Source of the DNA: Nemertoderma westbladi
Lineage: Eukaryota; Animalia; Xenacoelomorpha
Reading direction: 5' to 3'
DNA length: 64,000 nt
Assembly: GCA_032718475.1 (NCBI GenBank)
Contig: JAUCBJ010008582.1
Span: 1 to 64,000, forward strand
The notes under the pieces are model-generated. The model was not told where the DNA came from and did no database searches. It saw only the letters and a program-made list of their open reading frames with translations. Positions 61,901-64,000 of this stretch are shown here, in pieces. How positions within the stretch are numbered: position 1 is the first letter of the stretch; every line of letters starts with the position of its first letter. The translations under genes and the position numbers were made by a program.

Positions 61901-64000
61901 AAAACTACAACTCATCAAGCAGTCCAGAGAGAAAACATCGGAAAATAAGGTAAGTGAGAAACCCGCTTCTAGGAGAAGAGTAACACCAGTGTGTTACACT
62001 GACGACGGCGAAAGCCAAGCTTCTCAAGAAGAGGACAGCGGGAAAGACACTGAGAGATCTTACTACGTTGACAAAACCTCAAAAGATGTAAGTAAATACA
62101 AGGCTCGAAACAGGTTGCCAAGACCCCTCCTCAGTCTCCTAACAGAATGCACCGAAGAAAACCCGAAGAAAAAACGAGAGTGCATCAAGTTACCCAAGGT
62201 AGAGTGAGTAACATAAAACCTAACTGTGCGCTGTGCGACGGGACCCACCGTTTGAGTGCGTGTGCTGAATTTCTAAAGAAATCCCTTGTAGACAGACGTG
62301 CAGTTGTGTGGGACAAGCGGTTATACTATAATTGCCTCAGACCAGGACACCAACGGCGAACCTGTTACTCCGACATAAAGTGTGCAAAGTGTGGCGCGAA
62401 ACATCACATCTTGTTACACAGTGAGTTCGAACGAGACAAACAGAGTCAGGTAAGTGAGCCCGAACTACATGTCCAATTCAGTGATGTAAATGACACTGAT
62501 CAGGAGTCTGAGATGGAAGGATTCTATACTGACGAATTCTCCGACGCCAACGAATCCTGTTATCTAATCAATACCGCAGTGTATTGAGCACTTACTTATG
62601 AAAAGGACACCAACAATGAGTTTCCCCCAACTACTTTTGCCAAACAACCATCTTGGAAAGCTCCAACTTCCAACGTAGGAATCAGAGAATTTCCTGTAGT
62701 GCAGGTAAGAGTTCACGGTCCTAACCACAGTTACATAGTGAACGCACTCCTTGACTCCGGCAGCACAGGAACATTCATCGATCAAGAATTAGCCGAAGAT
62801 ATCTTTGCTGGACAACCCAAATTCCGGACTAAATTGAATATGTCAGGAATTATGCAGGTTTGGAAATCTACCCTAACGGCAGATTACTATGTAGGTGTGT
62901 TGTCCACCCCCCAGGATAAGTTAGGAGCACAAGGTATAAGGTAAAAATGGTGGCTATAAAGAACTTCACTACTACTCAAGCAGACCTTTATAATTGGGAC
63001 GAAGATGAGAGCATCCAACATCTTAAGATACCTCGATTCCAGACAGATTATCCTGGAGTGCAAATACTCATCGGCCAAAACGCGCACGAGGCGCTCGAAA
63101 CATTAGAGAAACGGCCTGCTCAACCGCAGCCACTGCAAACCTATGCGGTAAGAACTAGAGTAGGTCGGTACTTTACTGGCCCTTCCCGCAGGACTCTCGA
63201 AGAGAGAAGGCCACAAGAACGAGTATACCAGGTGAGTGATTGGAGCGAGGAGAGCAGTGAGGTGGATGAACTAACTGAGGAAACACCATACTCTTCAGAT
63301 AATGACGACATCTACCAACTCTTCGATCAAGAGAACACCATCGACCTACTTACAGAAAACCAAACTTGGAAAAATCAGGTGAACCTATGTCAACTGATTC
63401 GCCCCTCGGAACCCATCGCTTACAATGACGAACTAAACGATGAGATAGAGCGCTGCAACGCTAGAACTCGGGACGAACTAGCCGTACGATTCTTTACTCA
63501 AGAACTGGTAGAGCCCAATTCATATGATAAGAAGAAGAAAGAGCCAAGCAAATCCAGGAAACAACTACACGTTTTTTAAAGGAACAAGGTAGATATGAAA
63601 TCGGCCTACCATTTCGAAAACGAGAACCTAGATTTGTAAATAACCGACCCTTGGCAGAGAAAAGAATCGCTCAATTGCATCGACGCCTTACGGCTAATAC
63701 TTCAGCTAAAGAAATGTACCAAACTCAGCTGAAGAAATTTATAACAAAGGGATATGCGGAGCGAGTACCGGAAGGAACCCCAGTGACTGAGAGAACGTAT
63801 TACTTAACACATCATTACGTTCCCAAACCCGGTAAACCCCATGAAGTCCGAGTCGTATTCGATGGCTCTGCTCTATATATGGGCCAATCCCTCAATTCCG
63901 AGTTGTTACCCGGACCCAACTTACTCCAATCTTTGTTGGGAATACTTTTGAGATTAAGACAATATTCCATCGCGTTCGCCTCCGATATAGAAGGAATGTT
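58994..64000 (+). pseudogene. E2 gag-pol (Gag, protease, start of RT), frameshifted
   Basis: 810-aa Gag N-terminus with AEAEAERKAAA repeats; KFNGDEMKWLPF...EKLRFLIKCLEGPPK; knuckles CALCDGTHRLSAC, YNCLRPGHQRRTC, CAKCGAKHHILLH; protease ALLDSGS; RT start YYLTHHYV...RVVFDGS...SLNSELLPGPNL...DIEGM (manual translation past 63580). Confidence 0.94.

Larger units (their letters stand above)
53329..64000 (+). mobile_element. BEL/Pao LTR retrotransposon E2 (5' part; continues beyond the window)
   Basis: Putative LTR, ~5.2-kb leader partly homologous to the E1 leader, then gag-PR-RT. Confidence 0.85.

Overview
Eukaryotic, AT-rich, transposon-dense DNA, most likely from an invertebrate metazoan (inference); there are no prokaryotic features and no CRISPR array. 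The window is dominated by two related but divergent, very large BEL/Pao LTR retrotransposons. Element E1 (3428-28852, minus strand) is a three-LTR tandem whose two internal copies carry complementary deletions. Reconstructed, it is about 16.8 kb and has gag-pol plus a ~1240-codon third ORF with a WRN/EXD2-type DEDDy 3'-5' exonuclease domain and three zinc knuckles. Element E2 (from ~53329, plus strand) runs off the window end. Both elements carry a tRNA-like Pol III A/B-box cassette in the LTR and share a patchily conserved ~1.3-kb non-coding leader. E1 also has a 17-nt motif dispersed through coding and non-coding sequence. One E1 LTR is interrupted exactly at the A box by two tandem 2096-bp TIR-less inserts bounded by 9-bp direct repeats. 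Also present: RTE and CR1-type LINE relics, a complete piggyBac with one premature stop, several MITEs, a tRNA-derived SINE, minisatellites, and a three-exon host gene for a zinc-less alpha-carbonic-anhydrase-like protein. All alignments and motif calls were made by eye; no database searches were run.
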